DNA from: Vulcanimicrobiota bacterium | Lineage (GTDB): Bacteria; Vulcanimicrobiota; Vulcanimicrobiia; Eremiobacterales; Eremiobacteraceae | DNA: 64,000 nt | Reading direction: 5' to 3' | Assembly (NCBI GenBank): GCA_963805945.1 | Contig: CAWDVP010000002.1 | Location: forward strand, 576,001-640,000 | The notes under the pieces: model-generated | What the model was told of the DNA's origin: nothing | What the model saw: the letters and a program-made list of their open reading frames with translations, nothing else | The model's database searches: none | Made by a program: the position numbers and the translations under genes | In this document: piece by piece, positions 1 to 9,723 of the stretch | How the letters are laid out: each line of letters opens with the position of its first letter | Position numbering within the stretch: position 1 is the stretch's first letter

Positions 1-66
1 CGCGACACGCTCGCCGGCACCGAGCGCGGCGCGGGCGGTTTCGGCTCGACCGGCCGCGGTTCGTAG
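1..66 (+). CDS. dut: dUTP diphosphatase, 3' end (partial)
   Basis: Frame 1 translates RDTLAGTERGAGGFGSTGRGS*, containing dUTPase motif V (RGxGGFGSTG). Confidence 0.85.
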   Translation, partial: RDTLAGTERGAGGFGSTGRGS

Positions 67-69
67 CGC

Positions 70-1128
70 ATGCGGGCGCTCGTCGTCGGCGCAGGCTCCA
101 TCGGGTCATACATGGCGGCGCGGCTGCAGCAGGGCGGGCACGAGCCCGTCTTCTGGCTGCGCGGCGACGTCGAGCGGCCGACAGTGGAGTACACGCTGCA
201 CGTCGGCACGACGGAGTATCGGGCGAGCGTCCAAGCGGTGACCCAGTTGTCGGACGGGCGCCTGCGCGAGCCGTTTGAACTGGCGATCGTCGCGGTGAAG
301 ACGTTTTCGACGCAAGGCGCGATCGACGCGCTCGCGGCGATTCCGGCGTGCGCGGCGTCAACCGTACTGGTCATGGAGAACGGCCTCGGCAGCGATGAGC
401 TCTGCGCGACGGCGTTCGGCGCCGACCGCGTCGTCGCCAGCGCGCTCACGACGGCGGTCGAGAAGACGGGCGAAGGCGTGCGCGCGACGAGCAAGGGCGG
501 CTTGAGCATCGCGCCGATGGGCTCTGTGCCGCAGAACTGGCTGGTGGCGGCGCTCGAAGTCACGCCCATCAGGCTCGCGGTCGTCTCCGATTGGCGCGCG
601 CTCAAGTGGTCGAAGCTGTGCATCAACCTCATGGCCAACGCGGTGTGCGCGATCCTCGATTGGCCGCCGGAGCGGGTCTACGCCGACAGCGTCGCTTTTT
701 CAATAGAGCGGCGCTGTCTGCTCGAGGTGATCGCGGTGATGGACAAGCTCTCGATCCAGCCGGTGGCGCTCATCGATTTTCCAGTGCCATGGTTCGTGGG
801 GGTGGCGCGCTCGATCCCAGAGAGTATACTTCGGATGCTCATCGCCTCGCGCGTGACCAAGGGCCGCGGCGGCAAGCTGCCCTCGCTGCTGCTCGACCTG
901 CGCGAACATCGCCCGCAGCTGGAGGTCGACGCGCTCAACGGCGCGGTCGCCTCGCGCGCGGCGGCTGCCGGCGTCGCCGCTCCGGCGAACGCGACGGTGA
1001 CGCGCATCCTCGACGGTATCACCGCCGGCACCGTGAGCTGGCATGAGTTCCGCGACAAGCCCTCGGCGCTTGCCGACGCGATCAATGCGGCCGCGGCCGG
1101 AACTGCCGCACCGCCAGGGCGACCTTAG
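70..1128 (+). CDS. panE: 2-dehydropantoate 2-reductase (ketopantoate reductase family)
   Basis: GAGSIG Rossmann motif, AVKT, ENGLG, KWSKLCIN, SLLLDL..LEVDALNG motifs. Confidence 0.85.
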   Translation: MRALVVGAGSIGSYMAARLQQGGHEPVFWLRGDVERPTVEYTLHVGTTEYRASVQAVTQLSDGRLREPFELAIVAVKTFSTQGAIDALAAIPACAASTVLVMENGLGSDELCATAFGADRVVASALTTAVEKTGEGVRATSKGGLSIAPMGSVPQNWLVAALEVTPIRLAVVSDWRALKWSKLCINLMANAVCAILDWPPERVYADSVAFSIERRCLLEVIAVMDKLSIQPVALIDFPVPWFVGVARSIPESILRMLIASRVTKGRGGKLPSLLLDLREHRPQLEVDALNGAVASRAAAAGVAAPANATVTRILDGITAGTVSWHEFRDKPSALADAINAAAAGTAAPPGRP

Positions 1129-1490
1129 CGGCGAAGCCGGCGGACGGCGTTTTCGTACGCCTTGTCGTGCGGATCCAAGGCAAGCACTCTGACGATTCGA
1201 TCATGCTCACGCACTATGAATACACCGCGGAACACGACGCCGCCGTGCCTCAAAGACGCCGCTCTGGCAAGCTGCAGCTTACCTCTCTTCTTCGGGAACT
1301 GTTTGGGGTCGGTTTCGAGCTTCGCGCGGAGATCGTTCCATGTAGCTCCGAAACCCGGGCGGGTGACGCAGTAGTCGACCAAGGCTTTGCCGACTTCCCT
1401 ATGCAGCACGACAGTCCAGCGGTCACCGGCCGCGCGGCCTGCCCGCGTTGCTGTATCGGACTCCGATCGCCTCGTCGATCGCATCTCCAA
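1125..1490 (-). CDS. putative RelE/ParE-superfamily toxin
   Basis: Small basic protein with WTVVLH..KAL start and C-terminal FRGVFIV..RIVRVLALDPHDKAY strand pattern. Directly downstream of an XRE-HTH gene. Start uncertain (1490 TTG or 1484 ATG). Confidence 0.55.
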   Translation of the reverse strand: MEMRSTRRSESDTATRAGRAAGDRWTVVLHREVGKALVDYCVTRPGFGATWNDLRAKLETDPKQFPKKRGKLQLARAASLRHGGVVFRGVFIVREHDRIVRVLALDPHDKAYENAVRRLRR

Positions 1491-1800
1491 GCACCCTTGC
1501 GCTGATGAACTCGCTGTCCGGTGCTTTGGCTCTGCGCCTCAACGCAGCTGCATCGGCACGGAGGAATCGTGGCTCGAAAAGCTCATCGAGCCGGCATCCG
1601 AGAACCATCGCGATCTTTTCGAGCTTGGCCACGGTGATGTTGCCGTCTCCTCGCTCCACCTTTGAAACCGTTGCACGAGAGACTTTGGCTCGCGTCGCGA
1701 GCCTCGACTGGGAAATATCAAGCTCGGCTCGCTTGCGCACGAGATTGACCCGAAGGATGTCCGTCGCGCGCGTCGCTGGTCGATTCTTTTCTGCTCTCAC
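1423..1800 (-). CDS. XRE-family HTH regulator / putative antitoxin
   Basis: ISQSRLATRAKVSRATVSKVERGDGNITVAKLEKIAMVLG is a typical XRE HTH. Confidence 0.85.
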   Translation of the reverse strand: MRAEKNRPATRATDILRVNLVRKRAELDISQSRLATRAKVSRATVSKVERGDGNITVAKLEKIAMVLGCRLDELFEPRFLRADAAALRRRAKAPDSEFISARVLGDAIDEAIGVRYSNAGRPRGR

Positions 1801-1807
1801 GCCCCAT

Positions 1808-1850
1808 AGTATACGCTGCTCTTGGGCTAATTGTCAATTTTAGTAGACAA
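1808..1850 (-). promoter_or_regulatory. sigma70-type promoter with overlapping inverted-repeat operator for the XRE gene
   Basis: Minus strand TTGACA (1837-1832)-N18-TATACT (1813-1808), 7 nt before the GTG start. Inverted repeat TTGTCAA..TAGACAA at 1831-1850. Confidence 0.7.
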
Positions 1851-3050
1851 TTCAAACGCTTTAGCCGCTGGACAACGGTCGGCGAGACCGCACTGATCGC
1901 ATTGCGGCTCCGGCCGGCACGGACCGAGCGCCGCGAAAAGCGCGAGCGCTCCTTCGACCGCGTACGGGTCGCGGCTGAGCGCCTGCGCGAGCGCGCCGAT
2001 CTCGAGCTGCAGCACTTCCGACGGCGCGCCGGATTCAACGATGGCGAGACGTTCGGCGACGCGCCGTGCACCCGGGTGTGCGAACACAGTGAAGAAGCCC
2101 CATCGCTTCAGCGTCTGACGTGCGGCCATCTCGTTGATGCGTGCGAAATCTGCGCGCAGCGTGTCCACCAACGCAGGCCAGCCTTCCATGGGCTCGTCTG
2201 CGGCGGCGACGCGAGCGACCCGCGCGAGATAACCGCCTTCATCGCGCGCGATGTCGCGCCAGCGCGCGGCGTTGACGACGCAGGCGCGGATCTTCGCCTC
2301 ATTGCGGATGATCGGCCGCCGTAAGAGCTCGTGCACCTCCGCATCGCCGAAGACCGCCACGCGAACAGGGTCATAACCGGCGAACCCCGCGGCCAGCGCA
2401 TCGCGCTTCGACTCCACCACCGTGTTGCCGATGCCTTGTGCGAAGATGACCTCGCACAGGCGGCCGAACGCGACGCTTTCGCCGCTCGGCGCGTCATGCT
2501 CGGCGACGTAGCGGCGCACGCGCGCCGCGCTCTCATCCGCGCCGAAGCGCGTGTCGAGGATGCGGTCGATGACGCGCACGAGGCCTGAGCGCTTGCGCAC
2601 GCTGGCCGCGCGGAGCCGCTTCCGAGGCGGCCCTAGCGTCTCAGCCGGCTGCGCCGACGGCGTTTGTTCACGGGGTTGGGTCAGAGGCATCTCATCTCCA
2701 TCATTTCGCGGGAACGCACTGCGGCAGCGGGCGAGAAAAGCGCGCCACGCGCCGAGGTTCGAGGCGGGGATCGGCGCGATGAACGCGGCGCTGCGCCAGC
2801 GTGCGGTCTCGGCCGAAAACCGGTTGCCGGCGCATGCGACAAAGCGGCGGACGAAGGCGCGCACGAGAAACGGTGAGTCGGCGTCGACGATCGCGCGCAT
2901 GCCATGCGGGATGACGCAACGGTCCACCACGCGCACGGGTGTGGCGCGGCCCGCATCGTCGCACGCGTTGAGGGCGACGCGCGCGGAGACGCCCGAGAGG
3001 CACGGCCGCAGCCGCGCCGTATCGAGCATCACGAACCATAGCCGCTCCAC
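1827..3050 (-). CDS. Tag-like DNA-3-methyladenine glycosylase with C-terminal 4-Cys motif, preceded in frame by a degenerate RAYT/Y1-transposase-like domain
   Basis: KRDALAAGFAGYDPVRVAVF..IIRNEAKIRACVVNA matches the Tag core; C-terminal CRPEPQCDQCGLADRC. An internal GGAG plus ATG at 2690 may be the true glycosylase start. Confidence 0.7.
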   Translation of the reverse strand: MERLWFVMLDTARLRPCLSGVSARVALNACDDAGRATPVRVVDRCVIPHGMRAIVDADSPFLVRAFVRRFVACAGNRFSAETARWRSAAFIAPIPASNLGAWRAFLARCRSAFPRNDGDEMPLTQPREQTPSAQPAETLGPPRKRLRAASVRKRSGLVRVIDRILDTRFGADESAARVRRYVAEHDAPSGESVAFGRLCEVIFAQGIGNTVVESKRDALAAGFAGYDPVRVAVFGDAEVHELLRRPIIRNEAKIRACVVNAARWRDIARDEGGYLARVARVAAADEPMEGWPALVDTLRADFARINEMAARQTLKRWGFFTVFAHPGARRVAERLAIVESGAPSEVLQLEIGALAQALSRDPYAVEGALALFAALGPCRPEPQCDQCGLADRCPAAKAFELSTKIDN

Positions 3051-3092
3051 ATCCGGGGTCTATGTCACGCGGGAGCGCTGTCGCGACAAGAC

Positions 3093-3118
3093 GGGCCGAT
3101 CTAAAGATCGGCCCCTAC
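3093..3118 (-). repeat. REP palindrome, family A
   Basis: Minus strand GTAG-GGGCCGATCT-TT-AGATCGGCCC. Confidence 0.85.
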
Positions 3119-3132
3119 ATAAAGCGCCGAGA

Positions 3133-3804
3133 TCAGTAGGTGCGGCGGGCGAGGTGCCGTTCGAGCGCTCGTGCGGCGAGCGCCATCGAGAAGTTGGTGA
3201 TGAAATAGACGAAGCCGATGAGCGTGAACGTCTCGATCGGATTCAAGTACTTGGCGAAGATGATCGTCCCCGAACCCGTCAGTTCTTGCACGCCGAGCCC
3301 CCATGCGTACGACGTATCCTTGACCACGGTGATGAACTGCCCGACGGTCGGCGGGATGACTTTGCGCATGCCCTGCGGCAAGATGATGAGGCGCAGCGTC
3401 TGGACGTACGAGAGGCCCTGCGAGCGCGCGGCCTCCCATTGCCCCGGCGGCACGCCGTTGAGTCCGGCGCGCACGATCTCGGCGATGACCGCGGCGGTGT
3501 AGATCGACATGCCGGCGATCGCGGCCCACACCGGCGGCAGATGGCTCCAGAAACGCGCGGCGAGCATGATCAACAAAAGCGGTAGGTTTCGGAACAACTC
3601 GATATAGAGCGTGGCGAGCGCCCCCGTCAGGCGCGCGAAGCCGCGTGCGCCTTCGCCCGCGTAACGCGCGACGCCCAAGACGACGCCGCCGACCATCGAG
3701 ATGACGATGGTCCAGAACGCGATCTCCAGCGTGACCTCGAAGCCCCACCACAAGAAACGTAGATTCTCCGACTGGAAGAGCGCGACGAAGCCGTGCCAGC
3801 TCAT
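3133..3804 (-). CDS. polar amino acid ABC transporter permease
   Basis: FRNLPLL, EIVRAG..GQWEAARSQGL (EAA loop), KDTS. Start MSWHG overlaps the upstream stop (ATGA). Confidence 0.9.
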   Translation of the reverse strand: MSWHGFVALFQSENLRFLWWGFEVTLEIAFWTIVISMVGGVVLGVARYAGEGARGFARLTGALATLYIELFRNLPLLLIMLAARFWSHLPPVWAAIAGMSIYTAAVIAEIVRAGLNGVPPGQWEAARSQGLSYVQTLRLIILPQGMRKVIPPTVGQFITVVKDTSYAWGLGVQELTGSGTIIFAKYLNPIETFTLIGFVYFITNFSMALAARALERHLARRTY

Positions 3805-4478
3805 GCGCCGCGCCTCGCATCGGCCGGCGTCGCGATGCGGCGCTCGAAGTAGCGCGCGAGACCGGCGAGTGGCAACGTCAACGCGAGATAGAGAACGGCG
3901 ACGGTGACGTAGGCGACGCCGTACATCAACGTCTCGGATGACCACGTGTCCGCCTGATAGATGAGATCTGCGCCGGCGATGAGCGAGAGCACCTGCGTGT
4001 TCTTCACGAGGTTGACGCACTGGTTGGTGTATGGCGGGATGATGACGCGCAGCGCCTGCGGCAGCACGACGTAGCGCATCGCTTGCACGAACGTGAGGCC
4101 CTGCGACAACGCCGCTTCGAGCTGGCCACGCGCGACCGAGGCGACGCCGCCGCGCACCACTTCGGCGATGAACGCGCCTGTGTAGATCGACAGGCTCACC
4201 ACGCCCACGACGAGCACCGGCAGCACGATGTGGAACCGCGGCAGTCCGTAGTAGAAGAAGAACGCCTGCAGCAGCAGCGGCGTGTTGCGGATCGACTCGA
4301 CGTAGATGCGGTTGACGGCCTGGGCGAGCCGCGACGGCGCGGCGCCGAGCAAGCCGAACGCCACGCCGAGGATCGTCGCGAACACGAGCGCTAGCGCCGC
4401 GACGAGCACCGTGTGCGCGAGCCCGATGGCGAAGACGCGCCAGTCGAGCAGCAGCGCCGACCAGGCCTGGAGCGTCAT
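3801..4478 (-). CDS. polar amino acid ABC transporter permease
   Basis: RNTPLL, EVVRGG..GQLEAALSQGL, KNT. Confidence 0.9.
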   Translation of the reverse strand: MTLQAWSALLLDWRVFAIGLAHTVLVAALALVFATILGVAFGLLGAAPSRLAQAVNRIYVESIRNTPLLLQAFFFYYGLPRFHIVLPVLVVGVVSLSIYTGAFIAEVVRGGVASVARGQLEAALSQGLTFVQAMRYVVLPQALRVIIPPYTNQCVNLVKNTQVLSLIAGADLIYQADTWSSETLMYGVAYVTVAVLYLALTLPLAGLARYFERRIATPADARRGA

Positions 4479-4503
4479 CGCCGTCGTCTAAGCGGCCCTT
4501 AGG

Positions 4504-5337
4504 CTACTTCGTCTCGTTCTCGGTGTAGATGCCCCATTTCTGTTGCCACTTCTTCAGCGTGCCCGAGTTCTTGATGTCGGTGATCTGGGTCGCCACCCAC
4601 GCGGACAACGTGTCGCCGCCCTTGCGGGTCGCCACGCCGTAGTCTTCGCTGCTGTAGCGATCGGGCAGGATGACGGTGGTGGGGTCTTGCTGCTCGTAGT
4701 ACTTGAGGATCGAGCCGTCGGTGGAGAACGCCTGCACGCGGCCGGCCTGCAGCGCCGCGAGGATCTCGCCGTACGTCTCGAACGCGGCGAAGCTCAGCAG
4801 CACGTTGATGTCGGACCCCTTGGCGGTGAGCCGCGTGGCGGTATCCGCACCCTTGGCGACGCCGATGGTCTTGTTGTTGAGGTCCTTGAGCCCTTTGATG
4901 CCCGAGCTCTTCTGCACGAGCAGCGCGATGCCGTCGGTGTAGTAGGGCGGGCTGAAGTCGAGGATGAGCTTGCGCTGGTCGGTGATGGTGAACGTCGCGA
5001 TGACCATGTCGAGCTCGCCGCTGTCGAGCAGCGCGCCGCGCGTCTTCGCCGTCACCGTGGTGAACTTGACCTTGTTCGGGTCGCCGAGCAGGCGCTTGGC
5101 GAGCTCGTGCGCGATGTCGATCTCGTAGCCCTCGTACTGGTTCGTCTTGGGATTGAGGAAGCCGAAGCCGAGCACATCGGCCTTCACGCCGACGTCGAGC
5201 GCGCCGCGCGCCTTGATATCGGATAGCTGGTCGGCCGCCGCCGGTCCGGCGCCGAGCGCGCACAGCGCGAGCGCTGCAGCGAGCGCGGCGAACGTGGCGC
5301 CCGCGACGCGCCCGATCGCGAAATGCCGTCTCTTCAC
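4504..5337 (-). CDS. amino acid (Glu/Asp/Gln-type) ABC substrate-binding protein
   Basis: Signal peptide; [29 protein letters not shown] (SBP family 3). Confidence 0.9.
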   Translation of the reverse strand: MKRRHFAIGRVAGATFAALAAALALCALGAGPAAADQLSDIKARGALDVGVKADVLGFGFLNPKTNQYEGYEIDIAHELAKRLLGDPNKVKFTTVTAKTRGALLDSGELDMVIATFTITDQRKLILDFSPPYYTDGIALLVQKSSGIKGLKDLNNKTIGVAKGADTATRLTAKGSDINVLLSFAAFETYGEILAALQAGRVQAFSTDGSILKYYEQQDPTTVILPDRYSSEDYGVATRKGGDTLSAWVATQITDIKNSGTLKKWQQKWGIYTENETK

Positions 5338-5353
5338 GATGTCCCCTCCATGA

Positions 5354-6082
<729 letters not shown>

Positions 6083-6114
6083 ATGCGTGCCGCCTGTGCT
6101 CGGCGGTGCGCCGC

Positions 6115-6564
6115 TTAGAAGACCTCGACCGGAGTGCCGCCGGCCGCCGAGAACAGCGCTTTGACTTTGTCCACATCGGGGCCGGCAGCGAAACCGGCGA
6201 CGCTGCGTCCGGAGTCGATCGCATCCGTGTAATCATCGGATCGGCCGTCAGGGATGCTCAGCTCCGCCAACAATTCGTCCGACCCGGACGACACCATGCC
6301 GGCGCCTTTCGGCGTCTCATCGGTGAGTCCGGGTACGCTCATGCCGCCGAAACCGGTGATGATGCCGGTGCCTGAACCCATCGCGTCCGCGTTGGGCTCG
6401 CCGCTGAGGATGAACTCGACGCCGCTGGAGACGAGATCATCCGACGGCGTCTCGCTCGTGATCACCTTGAGACGTTCGATGTCGAGGCCGCTCGCCTTGA
6501 TCGTGTCCGCGAGCTTCGCCACCGCATCGTGGTCCTTGAAAATGCCGACGACCATCGTACCCAT
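6115..6564 (-). CDS. hypothetical protein, general-stress (YflT-like) type
   Basis: VVGIFKDHDAV N-terminus and LAELSIPDG..YTDAIDSGR pattern. Start placed at ATG 6564. Confidence 0.55.
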   Translation of the reverse strand: MGTMVVGIFKDHDAVAKLADTIKASGLDIERLKVITSETPSDDLVSSGVEFILSGEPNADAMGSGTGIITGFGGMSVPGLTDETPKGAGMVSSGSDELLAELSIPDGRSDDYTDAIDSGRSVAGFAAGPDVDKVKALFSAAGGTPVEVF

Positions 6565-6642
6565 GCTAGCGACGTCCTTTCTTGCGTGAACCCCGCGGTT
6601 CGCGCAAGGCGGCGGCGCAGCCTCCTGCGAAACCCAGCGGCC

Positions 6643-7299
6643 ATGAGCGCCCTGAAACTCATCTTCTACGTGGACGTGCTCTCGTCGTGGAGCTTCGTCG
6701 CCGAGCAAGCGTTGGACCGGCTGCGCGCTGAGCTCGGATCGCGCTTGGAGGTCGAGTGGCGCATCGCGTTCCTGTTCGACGGCGGCCCCTTGGGCTATGG
6801 TCTCGAGAAGAACGCCTGGTACTACCGCCGCAACCTCGCGGTGACCGGCGTGACGCTCAACACCGCGTGGCGCGACAGCATGGCCGACACGACCTGGCAT
6901 GCGAACCTCGCGGCGCAAGCCGCGCGCAGCCTCGGGATCGAGGACGACCGCGTTCGGCGCGCTCTCACGCGTGCCGCGATGGTGGACGGCGAACACATCG
7001 GCAGGCGCGACGTCGCCGTCGCGATCGCCGCTTCGGCGGCGGGCGTCAGCGCAGCCGAATTGGAAAAGGCGATGGACGATCCACGCACGGCCGCGCGCAT
7101 GCACGAGACGACGGCGGAGTTCAAGGCGTTGAAGCTCGATGTGCAGCCGGTGTTCATCTTCCGCAACGATATCGGCGATACCGCGATCCTCTCGGGGCTG
7201 TACACCTATGAGACGCTTGCCAGCTGTGCGCGCGAGATGCTCGCCGCGGCCGACGGCTATGCGTCCTTCATCGCGAATAATCCCGAGCCGAAGCAGTAG
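6643..7299 (+). CDS. DsbA/HCCA-isomerase (GST-kappa-like) family protein lacking CxxC
   Basis: LIFYVDVLSSWSFVAE N-terminus and VQPVFIF cis-Pro region. Confidence 0.7.
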   Translation: MSALKLIFYVDVLSSWSFVAEQALDRLRAELGSRLEVEWRIAFLFDGGPLGYGLEKNAWYYRRNLAVTGVTLNTAWRDSMADTTWHANLAAQAARSLGIEDDRVRRALTRAAMVDGEHIGRRDVAVAIAASAAGVSAAELEKAMDDPRTAARMHETTAEFKALKLDVQPVFIFRNDIGDTAILSGLYTYETLASCAREMLAAADGYASFIANNPEPKQ

Positions 7300-7350
7300 G
7301 GACGCGGTCGCCGCGCGAAGGCGACAGTCACCACGGCGACTGGAGGGTCT

Positions 7351-7752
7351 ATGAGCCTCGCGCGCTTGCTCTTGACGGTGCTCGTCATCTTCGTGCTCTC
7401 GGTGGTCTTCGGCACGCTCATCCACGCGTTCTTGCTGAAAGACGACTACATGCAGGTGTCGCAGCTCTACCGGACGGCGATGGACACGAAGTTCGTCTTC
7501 ATCTGGCTCGCGTATCTCGCGTTCGCGATCGGCTCGGTATGGGTCTATTCCAAAGGCGTCGAAGACGGCCCGTGGCTGGGCCAAGGCCTGCGCTTCGGCT
7601 TGGCGATGTGGCTGATCCTGAGCATCCCATCGTTTTTGATCGCATACGCGACCCAGCCGATCCCCGAGAGCCTCGTCATGAAACAGACGCTCTACGAACT
7701 CGTCGACAAACTCGTGCTCGGCGTCGTGACTGCACTCATGCTAAGGAGATAG
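7351..7752 (+). CDS. 4-TM membrane protein
   Basis: Four hydrophobic segments; GGAGG RBS upstream. Confidence 0.7.
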   Translation: MSLARLLLTVLVIFVLSVVFGTLIHAFLLKDDYMQVSQLYRTAMDTKFVFIWLAYLAFAIGSVWVYSKGVEDGPWLGQGLRFGLAMWLILSIPSFLIAYATQPIPESLVMKQTLYELVDKLVLGVVTALMLRR

Positions 7753-7754
7753 AA

Positions 7755-8321
7755 TTGAAAAGATATCCACTTACGGGCGCAACGCTCTTGGTCGCGCTGG
7801 CGCTCGCGCTGCCGGTCGCGACGTTCGCGGACGCCCCGACCGCCAGTACGGCGATGGCGACGCCGACCCCGGTGCCCGGCACCAGCTTGATCAACGTCTC
7901 GCGCTGCCATCCGAAACTGAACAACAACTATGATTCCGGCTATCCGCCCGCCGCGTGGAGCGGCGCCTCTCAGGTCTACAACTATTACGACGTCTACGGC
8001 GGCTATCCGAATCAACGGCCGTCGAGCAGCACCGCGAACCTGTTCATCGATTACACGAACACGACGCACAAGGTGATGACCTCGGTCGAATTCGGTCTCA
8101 CCACGAGCGGCGTGGTGATCGCCGAAGTCAAGGACAGCGGCAAGTTCGCGCCGGGCGCGGAGATCAAGCACCGCTTCTCGATGGGCAACGGCGTCGTGCC
8201 GCTCACCAACCAGCCACCGGTGTGCATGCCGCTGCGCATCACGTGGGCCGACGGCACGACGTGGAAGGCACCGCATCTGCCGGCCATCAACAAGTCAGCG
8301 ACCTACGGAAGCGGGCACTAG
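7755..8321 (+). CDS. secreted hypothetical protein
   Basis: AAGGAG RBS, TTG start, signal peptide ending TFA-D, Pro/Thr linker, G.FAPGAEIKHRF motif. Confidence 0.65.
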   Translation: MKRYPLTGATLLVALALALPVATFADAPTASTAMATPTPVPGTSLINVSRCHPKLNNNYDSGYPPAAWSGASQVYNYYDVYGGYPNQRPSSSTANLFIDYTNTTHKVMTSVEFGLTTSGVVIAEVKDSGKFAPGAEIKHRFSMGNGVVPLTNQPPVCMPLRITWADGTTWKAPHLPAINKSATYGSGH

Positions 8322-8345
8322 GAACGAGAAGCTCGCGCACGTACC

Positions 8346-8378
8346 GACCGGGTCCGCTTTGCGCAGACCCGGTCTTTT
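8346..8378 (+). terminator. intrinsic terminator-like hairpin between convergent genes
   Basis: GACCGGGTC..GACCCGGTC followed by TTTT. Confidence 0.55.
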
Positions 8379-9655
8379 CATATGTCGAGGTCGAGCAGAT
8401 GGTCGAGCGGCTCGCGCTTGGCGACGAGCGTGGCCTGGCCGTCACGCGCCAACACCACCGCCGGCCGAGGGAAGCGGTTGTAGTTGCTCGCCATCGAGTA
8501 GGTGTACGCGCCGGTGTTGCGCACCGCGAGCAGATCGCCGGGGCGCGGGTCGTCAAACCGGACGTCGGGGAACAGCCGGTCTGTCTCGCAATGCCGTCCG
8601 AAGACCGTGTAGATGGCCTCATCCGCCGTCGCAGCCTGCCGGTGCTTCTTCAACAACGCCACCTCATAGCGCGCATCGTACAGCGCCGGCCGTGGGTTGT
8701 CGGACAGGCCGCCGTCGACGATGAGCGCCTGCGACCCATCGGGCAGCGTCTTGCGCACGCCGATCGTGTACAGCGTCGTGCCGGCGCTCGCCACGAGCGC
8801 GCGGCCAGGCTCGACGAGGATCTGCGGACGCGGCAATCCCGCGCCCACGTAATGATGCTCGAAGGCCTCGAAGATGGCGCTCGCCCAGGCGTGTGGCGTC
8901 GGCGCCCGCTCCTCGCCTTCATCGATGCCGATGCCGCCGCCGATGTCGACGACGGAAAACGAGGCGTCGCACTCGCGCCGGGCATCGAGCGCGAAGGCCG
9001 CGAGTGCGGCGATCTCATCCTCGTACTTACCTAGGTCGTAGAGGCGCGAACCGATGTGGCAGTGGATGCCCGCGAGATCCAGGGATGCGCATGACTCGAC
9101 GAGTTCGAGCGCGGCTAGCGCTTGCCCATCGTTGATGGCGAAACCGAATTTCGAATCGGCGCCGCTCGTCTGGACGTGCGCGTGCGTGTCCGTGTCGATC
9201 TCCGGATTGACGCGCACCAGCACCGACGGCTGCTTGTGCAGCCGCTCCGCTGCGGCGGCGAGCGCGTCGATCTCGTCGCGATGATCGATCACGATGTGCT
9301 GCACGCCGGCGCCGACGGCGAGGTCGATCTCCTCGGCCGTCTTGAAACAGCCGTGCATGAGGATGCGATCAGCCGGCACGCCGGCACGCAGCGCGGTGTG
9401 CAGCTCGCCGGCCGAGCAGACGTCGACCGCGAGCCCCTCATCGGCCGCGATGCGCACAACGGCGCGCAGCATGAGCGCCTTGGCTGCGTAGGTGATCTCG
9501 GTGCTCCAGACCTTTGACGCAAAGGCGCGGCGAAAACTAGCCATCGCCCCGCGCAGGGTGGATTCGTCGAGCGCGAGCAGCGGCGTGCCGAAGGTCGTGG
9601 CAAGCTCGAACGCGTCGCAACCGCCTATGAGTCCAGGCACCGTTTCGATCGGCAT
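8378..9655 (-). CDS. lysA: diaminopimelate decarboxylase
   Basis: YAAKA (PLP lysine), SKFG, HCHIGS, EPGRALV, HCE, GAYTYSMASNYN. Confidence 0.92.
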   Translation of the reverse strand: MPIETVPGLIGGCDAFELATTFGTPLLALDESTLRGAMASFRRAFASKVWSTEITYAAKALMLRAVVRIAADEGLAVDVCSAGELHTALRAGVPADRILMHGCFKTAEEIDLAVGAGVQHIVIDHRDEIDALAAAAERLHKQPSVLVRVNPEIDTDTHAHVQTSGADSKFGFAINDGQALAALELVESCASLDLAGIHCHIGSRLYDLGKYEDEIAALAAFALDARRECDASFSVVDIGGGIGIDEGEERAPTPHAWASAIFEAFEHHYVGAGLPRPQILVEPGRALVASAGTTLYTIGVRKTLPDGSQALIVDGGLSDNPRPALYDARYEVALLKKHRQAATADEAIYTVFGRHCETDRLFPDVRFDDPRPGDLLAVRNTGAYTYSMASNYNRFPRPAVVLARDGQATLVAKREPLDHLLDLDI

Positions 9656-9723
9656 GGCGGCGCGTTCAGCCCCGCGCTTATCAAATCCCTCAGTCAACGA
9701 TCGCTCAACGATCGCTGTGCCTT

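Noticed and set aside
7296..7345. GTAG followed by two GTCGCC/GGCGAC-type hairpins as a third REP family
   Set aside because: Single occurrence and different spacing; more likely a local terminator or RBS hairpin.
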